Assembly: GCF_964204645.1 (NCBI RefSeq) | Contig: NC_134034.1 | Span: 6,360,914 to 6,424,913, forward strand | Source: Tubulanus polymorphus | Lineage: Eukaryota; Animalia; Nemertea | Direction: 5' to 3' | DNA: 64,000 nucleotides | Shown: in pieces, positions 24,301-39,300 of the stretch | How the letters are laid out: the number at the start of each line of letters is the position of its first letter | Position numbering within the stretch: the stretch's first letter is position 1 | Made by a program: the position numbers and the translations under genes | Notes under the pieces: generated by a model | The model's input: only the letters and a program-made list of their open reading frames with translations | The model's database searches: none | Told to the model about the DNA's origin: nothing

Positions 24301-27300
24301 TAGAATGGCACAACGTCCTGATATCATCCATCATATTTAGCCATTTCATCAGTTTGCATACACATAGTAGTTCTTCACATCGATGTCCCCACAGACTTGC
24401 ACAATATGCCACTCATTAGTCAACATTGGTTAGATTTCATATGTGATGTTTTAAAAGGCATCGTAAAAGTTTTTTGTCAAAAAGTCAAAAGTTGAAAAGT
24501 TGAACTTGAGTCTTGATATTTAAGACGTGTAAGCAATCTCTCCCTGAAGTTCGTATTGGTCCAGTGTTTTCAATTATTCAGGTGTCTGGTCCCGGACCCG
24601 TCTGTTAGTCCATTTAGGCCCAGTTGATTTTTTTCAACCCAACATTCATCTCAATCAGTTTGACTCACGCATGATAAGACTGTTGGTACAGGGTTCTGGT
24701 CATCAATTTGATTTTGGGGCCTTCAATTTTAAAAATGTTGCAGATCTATAGACTTATGTTTGTTTTTGTAGTAATGGAAATCTGGCAACATTGTGCTATT
24801 TTGACGAAATATAAATTGTTTCGATTTCTTTTCATTCAATTTTGTACGTAAGGTGTCTTTTTGAGTCATTGGGAATGAAAAAAAGAAGTTATGTTCCCTC
24901 CCATTTTGATAGGTTATGATCTTAAAATGTGTATATTTTTTCTATATTTAGCTTTTATTGTCTGCTGGTAAAATCTGTACTTCAACTGATTAAGAAGGCC
25001 TTAGTGTGAGCATTTGGCCACTGCCTTGAAAATTAGCAAATTTCCTTTAAAAAGTTGCTGCATTTGGCAGTGAATTTGGCATAAGATGGGCAGTGAATGG
25101 TAGTGAAATTGCTAGCCTGGTTTTCCTATAGAAAGTGCTTACTTTGGTTTGAAAAAAGTGGTGTTGCGTGCTTATTTTGAGCCCACTTGGGACTTAACTC
25201 CCAGCAGGCTATTGCGTTCACTTTTCGTCCGTCATCCGTCATCCGTCCGTAGATGGAATCCAGTTTTTTTGGGAAGTTTTGAAGACGCTTCAATGTAATG
25301 TCTTGATATTTGGTGTACACATGTATCTACCCTAGACACATCGTCAGCCCAAAAACCATCCCTGCCAGAATCAAGATGGCCGACTGGCAGCTATTGTTGT
25401 TCGCCAAAATCAACACTTTTTACACATTTTTGAAGTTTTTGAGGGAAATTTTGAAGACACTTTGATCAATTACCTTGATCTTTCGTTTATATTCGAATCT
25501 ACCAAGGGCCCATCAGCATAAGAAAAATTGGGTCGATCGGACTCAAGATGGCCGTCCTATGACCTTTTTAGTGCCCGAAAATGTCAATTTTGGCCGGAAT
25601 TCTAGGTCCTGTAGCTTCCTTCCGGTTTGCCATTTCTCATTGCAATTTGTGATGGGTATTCCTTGGAATGGGAAGTTTTATACCTGAGACAGGTATCTTT
25701 GATCAGCCAATTATGACGCAATTGGCGGCCATCTTGGTGTCATCAGTATTCATTCGTAGGTGGGAAAAAGTTTTTCCACATTAAAATGATACCTAAGCAT
25801 ATTGTGTTACTGTAATCAGTTGGAAAGTTGTAGCCCATGACGTGTTCTATGATTTTGTTACCATGATCAATTGCAAAGTTGTAGTTCATGACATTGTCTA
25901 TGATTGTGGTGAGTTTTTATGGACATTAGTTATTCTATGTAGTCACCAGGGGGCGTTGAATAGTAGAATAGCTTAGTATTTCCTTTTTAGATTGGTACCT
26001 AGGCATATTTTGTTGCAATGATCAATTGCAAAGTTGTAGTTTATGACATGTCCTACGATTGTGGTGGTTTTTAAGGTCATTGGGTTTTGCATATGGTCAC
26101 CCGGGGCATTGAATAGTAGAGTGACTTAGTATTTCCACATTAAATTGGTAACGGAGCATATTTTGTTATCACAATCAATTACAAAATCATAGCTGCTGAC
26201 ATGTTCTATGATTGTGGTGGGTTTCAAGGTCATTGGTTTTTGTATATTGTCACCAGGCGGCGTTATGTATTGAAATTGTTAGATTGTTGAGCATTTGAAA
26301 CCACTTCCCAAGTGGGCATGGTGTCCCTGGACCCCTAGTTACCATTGCCTTGCAACTATGAACCCTGTTTTGTCCTTCGGCCGAAGTAAGTTGAGACCCT
26401 GGACCCAGTTCCACAGTTCTGAGTTAGAGTTAACTCTGAGTTAAAGTTAGTTCATTTTCAATGAGTTAACTCTAAGTCAAATCTTAACTCAGAACTGTGG
26501 AACTGGGTCCTGCTGTTTTTATTAATGACCTGACAGTTAAAATGATTAATGAAAACACTGGGACCTATGCGTATGATGGACCATATCAATTGCAAAATTG
26601 TAACCAAATGTATTCTATAATTTTCAAGCATTTCATCATTTTTATCCCTTGTTGTTGATTCTGTTCTGATTGTAGAACTTTTCTTATGTAGGAAACGAAC
26701 ACAATGATAAATGAGGATGCATTGACTACTGATGATGTTCTTGAGAATCTTGAAGCCAGTTTAGTTGATGCAGGAGTTGGTATCGATCCACCACTTAAAG
26801 TTCAGAAAATGATCACTAAGTCACCACAACATGCATCAGTGCTCATGTGAGTTTTATACTATGCAGATGAAATCTTCCTCATACGATGTGTTTTAGGATT
26901 TATCGATTTTATAACGAACTTTGATACAACGATGTATCAGATATAACAAATATAGAATTTCGTCCCCAGAAAATTTGATTAATCTCGTACTGGATATAAC
27001 GAACTATCGGTTATAACAAACATTTTTGCTGGTCCTGTGAAGTTTGTTGTAATGAGGTTCCACTGTACCAAGCTTTCAATGTATCTGAAAGTAACATGGA
27101 TGAAAATTGATTGAAATAGTTCAGTAAATCAATTTGGTAAGTGGTTAGGCATTTATTGCCATCGTCTGCATACCCTCATTTGCTTGGTCTTTACTAACTG
27201 CTGAGAAAAAATCACTGACCAAAAGATCCACATTTGCCTAGTGTGCGCTCACTAAGTGACTGTTCACTTCCAATCATAGACTCAATGACCAATGAAATGT

Positions 27301-30300
27301 AAGTCAAGAATGGCTTTTTTCATGGATTCTGCAATTTCGAGAGAACTAGTGTAGCATCACTTGTTGAGCTTTCAAACTAGAGTAAAAGTTGACGATCAGA
27401 CAAGAAATTGTCTGTGGCGACAAATATTGGCAAGTAATCGTCAGGTGTGCTGCTGGATTTAGCATAAAACGATGCGACTTAGAGATACTAACATAAACAT
27501 GTAAATAAGATTGCTTTCATTTCAAATTATGATTGAATCACTTGACTTTTACATCATACCAAGCTTTTTATCTAACTTTAATTGCTACAATATTTTTTGC
27601 ATTATAGGGTGAAAGAGTCTGTGGTGATTACAGAAAATAGTGTCAACAAACCTACATCTGATTCTGAAGTAATTATGTCCTCTCTGGTCCTTGCCCCCGA
27701 GTAAAGTCAACTTCTAAAGATACACAGTTTCAGACACTTCAGTGCTTTTATTTTCATTAAAAATGAAGGTTCAGACATTAGAAAATTAAGATATGAATTA
27801 GAACCAGTTAAAAACAAGAGAATAAATGCTAACATCATCTTGATGATAAAATAAAAAATCTGAAGTAATTATTATGTCATCTTTTATAATGGAATTAAGT
27901 ATTCAGTGAAAAACCTGTAAATATAAAAATGAAAAAAAAATTAGAAGTGTCATTCTTACTTATAAACCTAATAAGTATGATTATATTGTTATTAACCTCA
28001 AGTTTATTCACATTTTCAATTTGCCCATTAATAAAGATGAATTGCATTTTTGATAATGGAAACATTCCCAATCTACAAGTTTATCATGCATATCAATTAA
28101 AATGTTTTCAGAAATTACTTGAGCGTGTGAAGAAATATGGTGCTCAGTCAGAGGACAGCAAAAAACAAATGCGTGCAGCACGATTTAACGTGGGTCAAAC
28201 TTCAGAAGAAACAAACTCTGTGGGTGCAAAATCTATTACTACATTAAGTACTGGCAAGGTAAAGATCATAAAATACTAACTTTCGTTGAATATCAGCCAT
28301 TGATTATTTGAGGCTTTATAAATCATTGCCGTATAAAAACTAAGCAAGAAATTGTATTAAGCTAGGTAATTAGAAGGCCGGTGTGTAGATCGAGTAACAC
28401 GTAAAAATCTCCCAAAATTTGATTTCACAGCAAAATATGATAAAATATTCTTATCTTGAAAAACTTAAATAGTTTTCACAAATTTCTAATTTTTCGTGGT
28501 TTTTTTTTTAATATTCACCTCGGATAATCTGTGACTTTTACCAAGCTGCGTGCATGAAAATGACATTAGGCCTATTCAGTGACTTTTTAGCAAGGAACAT
28601 GCATGATATTATCTAAGTTTTGAAAATTTCTATGAAGAAATCTAGTCTAGAAGTAATAGTAAAATATCTATGTACCCTAAATATTATTGTGAAAAGTATT
28701 ATCTATTTCATTTAGGTTACTTGGGTGATTTTTGCCAGGGGGATTTTTGCTGCGGGGATATTTACCGGGGGATTTTAAACGAATGTAGGTAAAAATGTCC
28801 CTGGAAAAAATGTCCCAGAAAATGGGTCCCCGGAAAAAAAATGTCCCATAAGGTAGAAAAAAATGTCTTGGTCTATCATTACTAATTTAGTAAATTTCAA
28901 ATCGAATTAACACCAGAGAACAAACTTGGCAATTGTGTAAATTGCACACTAACCATAAAAAAAGAATTCATTGAGTGACCATGAGGCCTAAAAAAATTTG
29001 GCATTAATTAGTTTTGCCTATGAGAACATGTGAAATCATTATATAATGCGTCAAATTTAAGAAGATTTACTATTGAATTGAATGCACGGTTGCTAAATTA
29101 GATATCATTAATGGGGAAAATTATGAAAAGTTATAAAGTAAATGCACAGTCACTTCAATTAAGATGTCAAAGTTAAGAAGGTTTTAAATCTTTAATACAA
29201 ATAATTAAATCAGAATAGATCCATGATTTATAAAATGTTGAAATTGTAATTAAAATTTATTACCAAGTTTGTTCTCTAGTGTTATTATGATGTGAAATTA
29301 ACTACATTACCAAGTTAGTAATGAAAGACGGGGACATTTTTGCCGGGCATATTTTTACCGTTTACCGATTTTTGATTGGTTTCGTCGTCATACAAACCCA
29401 TCTATGGCATCGTTGTGATATCTGTCTATCTGTCTGTGTCCGTCTGTCTCTCGCTTATATACGGTAATTGCTTTGTAGAGGGCAGTTTTTTAGCCAACTT
29501 CACTTTTCATCCGTCCGTTGGTATGTAGACGGAATCCAGTTATTTTGAGAAGTTTTGAAGACGCTTCAATGTAATGTCTATATATTTGGTTTATACATGA
29601 AGCTACCCGAGACACATATTCAGCCCAAAAACTGGCCCTGTCAGAATCAAGATGGCCAGACTGGCAGCCATTGTTGTTCGCCAAAATCAGCACTTTTTAC
29701 ACATTTTTGAAGTTTTTGAGGGAAATGTTAAAGACGCTTTGATCAATTAGCTTGACCTTTCGTATATATTTGAATCTAACAAGGGCCCATCAGCATAAGA
29801 AAATTGGGTCAATCGGACTCAAGATGTCTGTCCTATGACCTTTTTAGTGCCCAAAAATGTAAATTTTGGCCCAAATTCTGAGTCCTGTAGCTTCCTACTG
29901 GTTTGCCATTTCTCATTGCAATTAGTGATGGGTATTCTTTGGAAAGGGAAGTTTTATATGAGACAGGTATTTTTGATCAGCCAATTATGGCGCAATTGGC
30001 GGCCATCTTGGTGTCATCAGTACTCATTCATAGGTGGGAAAAAGTTTTTCCACATTTAATTGATAAGCACATTGTGTTACTATAATCAATTGGAAAGTTG
30101 TAGCCCATAACGTGTTCTATGATTTTCGTGAGTTTCAAGGTCATTGGTTTTGTATATGGCCACCAGGGGGTGTTGAATAATACAATAACTTAGTATTTCT
30201 ATATTATATTATATTTGTACCCATGCATACTTTGTTACCACAATCAATTGCAAAGTTGTAGCTCATGTCATCTTCCTATGATTTTAGTGAGTTTTAAGGA

Positions 30301-33300
30301 CATAAGTTATTCTATATGGTCACCAGGGGGCGTTGAATAGTCGAATAAATTAGTATATCCTTATCAGATTGGTACCTAGGCATATTTTGTTACCATCTAT
30401 TGCAAAGTTGTAGTTCTATGATTGTGGTGAGTTTCAAGGTCATTGGGTTTTGAATATGGTCACCAGGGGGCGTTGAATAGTAGAGTAACTTAGTATTTCC
30501 ATATTAAATTGGTAACGAGGCATATTTTGTTATCATAATCCATAACAAAATCATAGCTGCCGACATGTTCTATGATTTTGGTGGGTTTCAAGGTCATTGG
30601 TGTTTGTATATGGTCACCATGGGGCGCTATATATTGAAATTGTTAGATTGTTGAGCATTTGAAACCATTTCCCAAGTGGGCATGGTGTCCCTGGACCCCT
30701 AGTTTATCCTGACATATATCGATTTCATTAAACTTTGCCGATTAGTGCTGTTCATACTATCATCACTGCATCACACATACTGCTGAATGCTGACTGCGTG
30801 CATACAATTGTACTATATAGCAGACACGAGGCCCTATTGCGCTGACGCACGTGTCTATACGGATCTTGTCGCTGTCAGTTGATGAAATAAACAAAATAAT
30901 GCAAGAGTAACATCCGGAAGTGATTTATAGGCCAGCCCTACGCTGAGCCTATTACTATACAAATTTAATTCGTTATGGTTTCCAGATGAAAGGGTTTTTA
31001 CTGTGCAACCTTGGAATATATTCATGATACAAATCGTGTATTCAAGCGTGCCAAATTTTGAAAAGGCCTCGTCAAAATTTACAGCAGGTTTTTGACGAAA
31101 ATATGAACGCAAAACTGCCAGTTTTAAAAAGCCAATCGGAAAGTATTGCCTCCTCCAGAGATGAGAATTTCTCGCTTTTTTGTGATGAGAAATTTAGAAT
31201 AGATTGCCCATGGGCAAAGTGTGGTTTACCTTGAAACCTAGAAGTTGTTTGGAGTAAGGGCATTGCTTGAAAAATCTTTTTAATTCGTGACTTCAAAGTT
31301 CCACAAGTTTATATCGTATTTTATCTTTCTGAAAGACTTATTTTGTAGTCAAATAAGACCAAAGATATACATTTGGTTATGGTCCACGTCCAAAATTTTA
31401 TATTTTCCAAAAAAAATATGTTTCACAATATGAAAAAAATATTCAAATAAGGCCATCCCAAAATAATTGTCTGTTTGCCGTAACACCGACTCAACTTTTC
31501 AGGATGAGTCGGTAGGTAAGAAAAAATCTTTTTTGCTTAATTTTTTGGCAAAAAAAAACTAATTTATCACCTTCTACATGTAAACAATATCCCAAAAATC
31601 ATCTACGTTGTGCACGGGAAATTTGTCTAATAGCGTAGATTTAGAGAATTATTCTAAAATTATAACTTCGTCCAGAGCGTCATGTCATCTCTGTGTTAAA
31701 AATGAAACAGTGCATTGAATATGTGCGCAGTTTTACGTTACCAGCTCTGATATAGTCACTATTAGAATGAATGGCAGCTTATTGGAACACTGCCAGTTTC
31801 CTGGAAAACTTAAATTAGGCCACATTGACAAGGCATGTTTTCACAAGATGCACACTTGAATTCAAACATATATAATACGTAGCTCATACGTAGGCAGTGG
31901 GTCGGTCGGCCGTTTTTTTCAAAAATGAAATTTATTTCAATGAATCCCAGAAAAAAGTTTTCACTCGGAACCTTTGAAGTCGGGTCGGTCGGGTTTCGGC
32001 AAACAGACCATAAATATGGGATGGCCTAAAATTCATATGATGTCACATATCAGAGGGTGGCTGAATATTGGGTCATGGAAACCTCTTCCAATGTTGGCCG
32101 CGGAAGTTAAAATACCGGTACAGAAGAAATCGGTTATTAGATCGTTTTAAATCCTGGAATTTACGACTACAATATTCAGACCTCGGCCTATACTTTTAGT
32201 TTGCTGCTTAATATTTTCAGGTCACAAGAAATTACAATTTATTACAAATTCTATCAAACAGAAAACACAGCACTCATCTTCTGCTACGATTATTCAGCTT
32301 ATTTTCATGTCAAACGCGCACGCGTTACAGCATCACCTTGAGTAGTGTACTGTACGAGCTTGTGTATGTGTGTCGTGTAGCACTCTGCGCGCACAGGTGG
32401 AGGCCTCATGTCAGTGAATGTTCGCTTACATTTCAACGTCAATCAAAACAATCACCGGGTATTAAAATGAAACAATATCTATGGCGGTTGTGTGAAATAA
32501 TTTCATCCTCACCAGCAATGAGCATTTAAAATTCGCACGTATACGGCACCTAGTCCAATGAAACGTACGCCATTCTATGGCTTTCTCATAATTATTTTAG
32601 TAGCGCCGGAATTCCCCGTATATCCCAAAAACAGCCAATCACATTCGCTCGTAGAGTCGACGCCCCCCAATCGAGGTCATTGCAATTTTATACGCGAGAG
32701 CTAAGAATTTCCTGCCAAAAACAGTTTTTTGTAGAATTTTAACTCAGTTGACCACGTACATCGACGGAGGTTCGCCATGTCTTCAATCGCATCGATTATA
32801 CGTCATTTAAGCCGAGAACCAATGAAACAAATGCTCACATAAAAAAACGTACCGCGATTTTACATGAATTGGCTCAATGCCAACCTCATGTCGCTGACAA
32901 AGGTTAACCAAAAACGAGCTCTCCAAATTGTCCAGATCCATTAAGAAATTGATGGGGGGGTGGAAGGTTTGCTGTGTCTGGCATTACCGTAAAAACAGGC
33001 GTATAAGTCAACGCGGCGTATAAGTCGAGGTCGATTTTTAGACCTACATTTCATGATTTTAGCATATATCCGGCTTATAAGTCGAGTCCCTTCTCTTAGA
33101 AGAATAATTACTTGTATTATATTGAATAGTTTGTTTTGATAACGATGTGCGCCTTCACGCACGCCGCTGCGCGTCAGCCTGATTGCTGCTGTGTGTTAAT
33201 CAATAGACTGTTACACACACACTCAGGTATAATACACTACCATACAGTGATATAGTAGTGTGAGTCACACGCTATATATAGCTTATGTATTAAGCGCTGC

Positions 33301-36300
33301 TATGAGCGCGCATATATGAATACATCGTTTTAAATGAAGCTATGTCAAGATGAAAGAAGTTTTTTCATGAAGTAACTTTATTTATCATGAATAGTTATTC
33401 AAACTGTTATAGCAGTAAGAAGATGAACACTGTCTTTTTTGTCTGGTAGAATCAATATTTCTTGTGACCTGAAAATACTTAGTAGAAAACTGTACTCGGC
33501 GTATAAGTCGAGGTCAATAATTTAGTGGTAAAATCAAGGGTTAAAAACTCTACTTATACGCCAGTTTTTAAGGTATGTTTCGGCTCACAAAACTGAGTAT
33601 TTTTTTAGCATGCTTGATGGTACTCAGCCCAAAAAATACGAATATGAAAGATGTTCGTTATGTGCTGCCATCTTGTATTGCCAATATAAACTGCTGTGAA
33701 AAAATAACCAGTTCGTGCTGCCATCTAGAAATGAAACAAGACTGTTTTGGAAATCATGCTGGGAACTCCCACTTTGAGCTTCGTGTATATGTTGCAGTTT
33801 AGCTGGAATTTCAGTAATAAGGCCTAATAGAAATTTTCATCATAAGTCCCGCCATCCCTGCTTCTCTATGATAGGCCTAGCCGCAGAAGTCATCAGGTGT
33901 TCATGTGAATCCACAACTTTTTATTTCCGCGTTTAAGATTTAAATTTGTATTTCAAGATCGATTCCTGTGATACCTAGTCAGTCTCTGACAGTTGTAAAC
34001 AAGCAAAGGATGATCTATCAGGGTTATTGTCAATGTTTGTAAAATGTCAATGTCTGTCTCAGTCAGTCTAACTAGAGGACCAAAGGTCCTGTGCTCTCGA
34101 GGTACAGTTTTTAGCATTGGTTGACGTTTATGACGTCATGCCAATTCTAGTAAAATGGATCGAAAAAGGTAGTACGAAAAAATAGCACCGACTCTTCTCA
34201 TTTTCATAGTAACTTCAAATTGTCACTCCGTTCACGTAAAACATAAGAAACAGATGAAAATAACTCAAAACAATGTTTTTATTATTCCCGACAACATAGG
34301 GTTGCCAGATTTCTAATTTATTGGTCCTAAAAGTTATTCTAGCGCATTTTTCTCGTTACTTATCTGGTAGATGAGAGCGGGTTAAACAATCGCGTAGCGA
34401 TATGTCTGCATTGACTTGACAGTAAAGAATGGGGAACAACCTCTTCTCAATAAAAAACATAAAATTATGTACCCCCCCGGTTTATAAATATAGTGTTTGA
34501 ATATCACTGTCAGAAGCCATGGGATTAATTGGGATTGATTCTCAGTGTCAGAATACGTATTTCTAGAGCAGTGGAATGGCAGGCCTACTCATGACTGAAA
34601 CCCGTATAGGTAAGTTATGTAATCGCGCGGGAACGCCTTTACTAAAATTAAAACCGTTTCATGATGACATGAAACATCAAATGGTAAACGGTAGGCTACC
34701 AACATGACACAATATCACCAGTAATGATAGATCATTTTATTCAATTTTACCAGAGTTGTTTATTGGAGGAAAATATCATAGTTAAGTAGGCCGAGAACAA
34801 CCATGTTGTATCATCAATCAGTTGACTGACAGTATTGTAAAATTCCATCGGTTCGGCTATATTCTAAGATACGTTTTCACTTTAAGATGCCCTGCCCGCC
34901 TGCTGCGCACTCACGAGGCGGTTGCAGCCCCTTACGCACTCGCTCGGCAGATAGAATCGTTTTGTAATGTGGCTTGTAATGCGTGCTGGGAAAAAATAAC
35001 GTTTATTATCTTTTCCATGCGTTAAACACCACAACAGTGATTGAATTTACACGTTTTTCGTAAATTGAAATATTGCGATGGTTATTGCCGGTGCTGTAGT
35101 TTTTTGGAATTAAATCGAGCGGCCTCTGTAGCTCAGTGAGATAAGTCATTATGCTAATGCATCCACCATCAGGGCTGAGTGGCAAGTGGGTTTGAGTCCT
35201 ACGGCTGGCTGCTTACAGTACAGTGTGTGGGCAACACTTCAAAGACCGTCCCGTGGTGAGGTTAAATGAACAATCCAATAGGGTTAGTCTTGGGAAACCA
35301 AGATCCAAATGATGTAAAGCCAGACAAACAAACAATCATCAGCCGGCCTCAGTGACAACAATGCCGGCATCGTTTTGCATGTGTACATCTGACCGATTGA
35401 TCAACGTACCTATTATGCATGAGGAGATTCAGTTGGGCCTAACAGTTCATGCCAAAAAATGGGTTTTTGTATCTAAATCTTGATTGATATAAATATCTTT
35501 GCGGGGACATGATTGAAAACAGAATAAACCAGTTTCGTCTTTTTAACAGAATTGCATAAATGAGGTTTAACAGTGCAGAAATCCTAGGCTAAATCGTTTT
35601 GCAGAAAAGAAATTCATTTTCAGCGTGAATAAAAAAATCGTACTAAACAAATTGACCTTTAAGTCTGTGGTCCTCCCAATCAACATTGTCATAGAACATT
35701 TGCCGGCAGATGTAAAACATTACAACCTCTTAATACCTTACCACAGTATAATCTCCCAATGCTTCAAGGTCCATGGACCTCTTGTGTATAATATCAATGA
35801 TAAACATATTACATTGTTCATTCTACTACTCCTTTAATTATGCAGATCTGTTCTCTTTAACATCTGCCCTGGCACTACGGTGCGACTGGACGCCTAAGAC
35901 AGTGGTAGGCAGGAACAGACATGTCGGATCGATTTGTTTTACCTTAAACTTTAGAGTGAGATATGGCCGGTTATAGTTCAAAAAGATCGACAGACCAATG
36001 TGTATCACTTTCGAAGACTTTTTAATAATAATTGGCCCGACAACTTCAATGAAAATCTATGATAAAGTTTATTTCATTCAAAACAGCTTATTTCACTGTA
36101 TGAAAAATGCGCGTATTCATAATGCGTGCGGCAATAGGAGCATATGCTGTCACTGTAGCGTGTGCAGTGTGAGACACTGATCCGCCAGCGCCCGCTTGCC
36201 TCGCGTAGTATACACTGATATGGCTAGATGCTGACTGTTGCTACGCAATACGTCTGCAATTAATGAATAAACGCACACCACACTGCCATACAACTCGGCG

Positions 36301-39300
36301 ATAATTTCTAACTATATAAATTAAAGGTTTTCAAGGAAGTTGTCTCGATTGCCAACCTTTCAAATTTAAAAACTCTCACTGACTTTCCCGGCACAAAACA
36401 AGGAATTTAAGACCAATAAGGTACCGACACTTCGTGCAAGGTGCCCGTTCACACCAAGTGATGTATAGTTATCCGCATATTAATTCACCTTATAAAATAA
36501 ATTCATCCGAACAAATTATTGATAAAATATTATTCAAAAATCTTTTAGATATTATTGTGATCAATTTCTTTCACCATTCAACGCCATATAATTTGAAATA
36601 ATCTTGACACAGGGGTTTGGCGATGAGCTTGGATTTCATTTCCGGGTTGTTGATACTCTCGCGAGAATGGCGCTAAATATGAACTGCGAATAAATTCAAA
36701 ATATCATGGAAATACCTTGTGTTTATATTGTTTATTTATCCGCTATAAGTTTCCGATAAACAATTGGTCGTTAAGGATCATCATCAGACGGTTGTGACGC
36801 TCTATATAAAATCACAAGGGATGAAACGCCTTCAGAGTTGTGCCAGCCAGAAAGTTGGGACAGTCACGTGATCTTAATTACAAAGTTGTCAGATCTATTT
36901 TTGCAACATATTTAACCCCATTTATCGGATCTCTCATTAACTCAATGTCTGTCAAATGGTGTGCTTTGGTTCGCGGTAAACATACACAAAACGATGCCGA
37001 CACGCTCGTAATAGCCCTCTCGTTCCTCGAGAGCTAAAAACGATCTTTGTCATTCAAACCTTTGTCATACCGGGGCAGGAGAACCGACCACATGTTTGAA
37101 GTTTTCTAGTTACATTATGAAGGAGTTATCCTGCTAATATTTTTCATAAATTACCAAATCATCTGAAGTATTGTTTGATTACTAGACTGATAGCTTGCAC
37201 CAAATAACATAATCATAACTTATTGACAATCTTCTCCCAATGATTCCTTGTCGTTTAGAATAGTTTCTGAGATATGATACTCAAAAACTGAGGTTGACTT
37301 AGACATGCATTGTGAAATGATATAGCTCAGTGTCTCTAATGCTTGATAATCTTTGCCTTTTTCTTGTATTATATGTATATGTTTATTCCATGTTGAGATA
37401 AATCTCAACAGTGAATTTACAAAATTCTCGGCAGTGGTTTTAGAAAATTCTCGACAGTGAATTTAGAAAAATCTCAACAGTGGTTTGGAATGAAATCAGC
37501 GTTAAGATATAAATTCAACATATTAGGCTTTGCATGATCAACATATAGTTTAAGAAAAGTCAACATGGATAAAAGCTTGACATAATGTCCCCCACGGCGC
37601 CCCATACAGTACTATGCAGTGGAAAGCGCATATCCCTCATACTTATAGATATTGCAATCATTCGCGGAAATAGTGTCATTTGGTAGAGTTAAAGGCTGTC
37701 AGATGATAAAAACATATTTTGTGTATCTGAGTTTAGGCTATATATGCCCTCTTATTTGCGAAAAAGCCTTTGTAAAGTGTGCGGCTGGTTAACACGTAGG
37801 CTGGATGTTTTTCCTAGTTTAGGCTTCGTATGGTCCATTTTCTTAGGGCCATAAATAAAATTTTATGCTACCTTCGCGGGGAATAATTCATAGCTACACA
37901 CAGCCAAGGCATTTCAAAAGACGGTAAAATTATCACGTTATTCAACAAAAATGATCGTTGTATTATAACTGAGTGTGCTGCAAACAATGCCTTCTAAGTA
38001 TGACTTCATCAATATCAGCGCGCAACCGCGAGCATCCCATTGCTAGAGTGTTGCTATGGGCTTTTCCCGCGTTTGGATAATGATATTTGAAATTTTATTT
38101 TCACTTAACTACTTTAGACACATAGGGTAAACATTTTATGCAAAACAAATTTGATTTATAAATTTTTCCCTTTAAATACTAAACAGAGATGCTAGTTTTC
38201 CGGAAACATCCGGAATTCCGGAAATTTAGGATCGCCGATGTCAATTCCGGAAATTTGGTGAGAATTCCTCGTGGCGACCAGTAATGGCACGGACCGTAAA
38301 AGCGTTCGTTTGCTTGTACTCGTCGTCGCTTCTGTGTTATTTTATCTTGGTCTCCGTTTCCGAGGATGTTCTGCTACTATGTATATATGTGTTCTTGTGG
38401 CGGTATCTGTGCGTGCGTAGGTGGAGCGCCACTGTTGTGACGCCATTTCCAATTATCTTTACGCACCGTTGTACATCGTCCCGCTGATGGCCAACAATGT
38501 GAAGATGCACGTGGTAATAATTCAGATGATATTTAATAAATATCATCTTAATTATAACCATGCGCGTGCTATGTCCTGAGGCACGCAGCTTTGTAACTTT
38601 CTTTTTGCCTGCAGCTGTCAAGCGGGACGGTCTGCAAAATGAGCACGCACGGAAAGATTGTCAGTCGGGAGTCGGCCGATATAAAGGCAATTGACAGCGG
38701 TATAAAAAATAAATTTAACTGGCACTGGCTAGAGTGTAAGGACAGTAACGGGGACTACTTATCGAACTACATTCGTAAGTTAGACTTAGCTGGCGTGGCG
38801 TACTGCGTCGTTTGTGAAGACCAGGTCAAATACGGTAGTGGCGGGAAAAAAGATATTCTTCGTCACCCAGATAGCGCGCGGCATAAGAAGGCAGCGAAGG
38901 ATGTGAAGCACAACGAATGCCTGCCGTCGTATTTTCAGATGAAAGATGCCGATCGTGATATAACGCAAAATTTTTCCTGGGGGAGAATTTTTCTGACCCC
39001 CCGTTCTAAATTCCGGAATTTTGGTACATTGGCCCTAGCATCTCTGACTAAATTAACTCCCCAACATTCTATACAATAATAACTAAAATACTCTAAAATC
39101 AGTTTCGGGTTACTTTTAAACCCCAATATCAGAGAAACTAAAATGATACAATAATGAATCACATGCACAGTAATTCAAAAATATAGTGGTTTCTATGATA
39201 GATAGCTGATTCTATCATGAGTCTTTTTCTAAGGTCAGATAGTAAACTTTTCTAGTGGGTTTTTGGCCTATGTCAACGGTCTGGCCGATCGATAATCATT

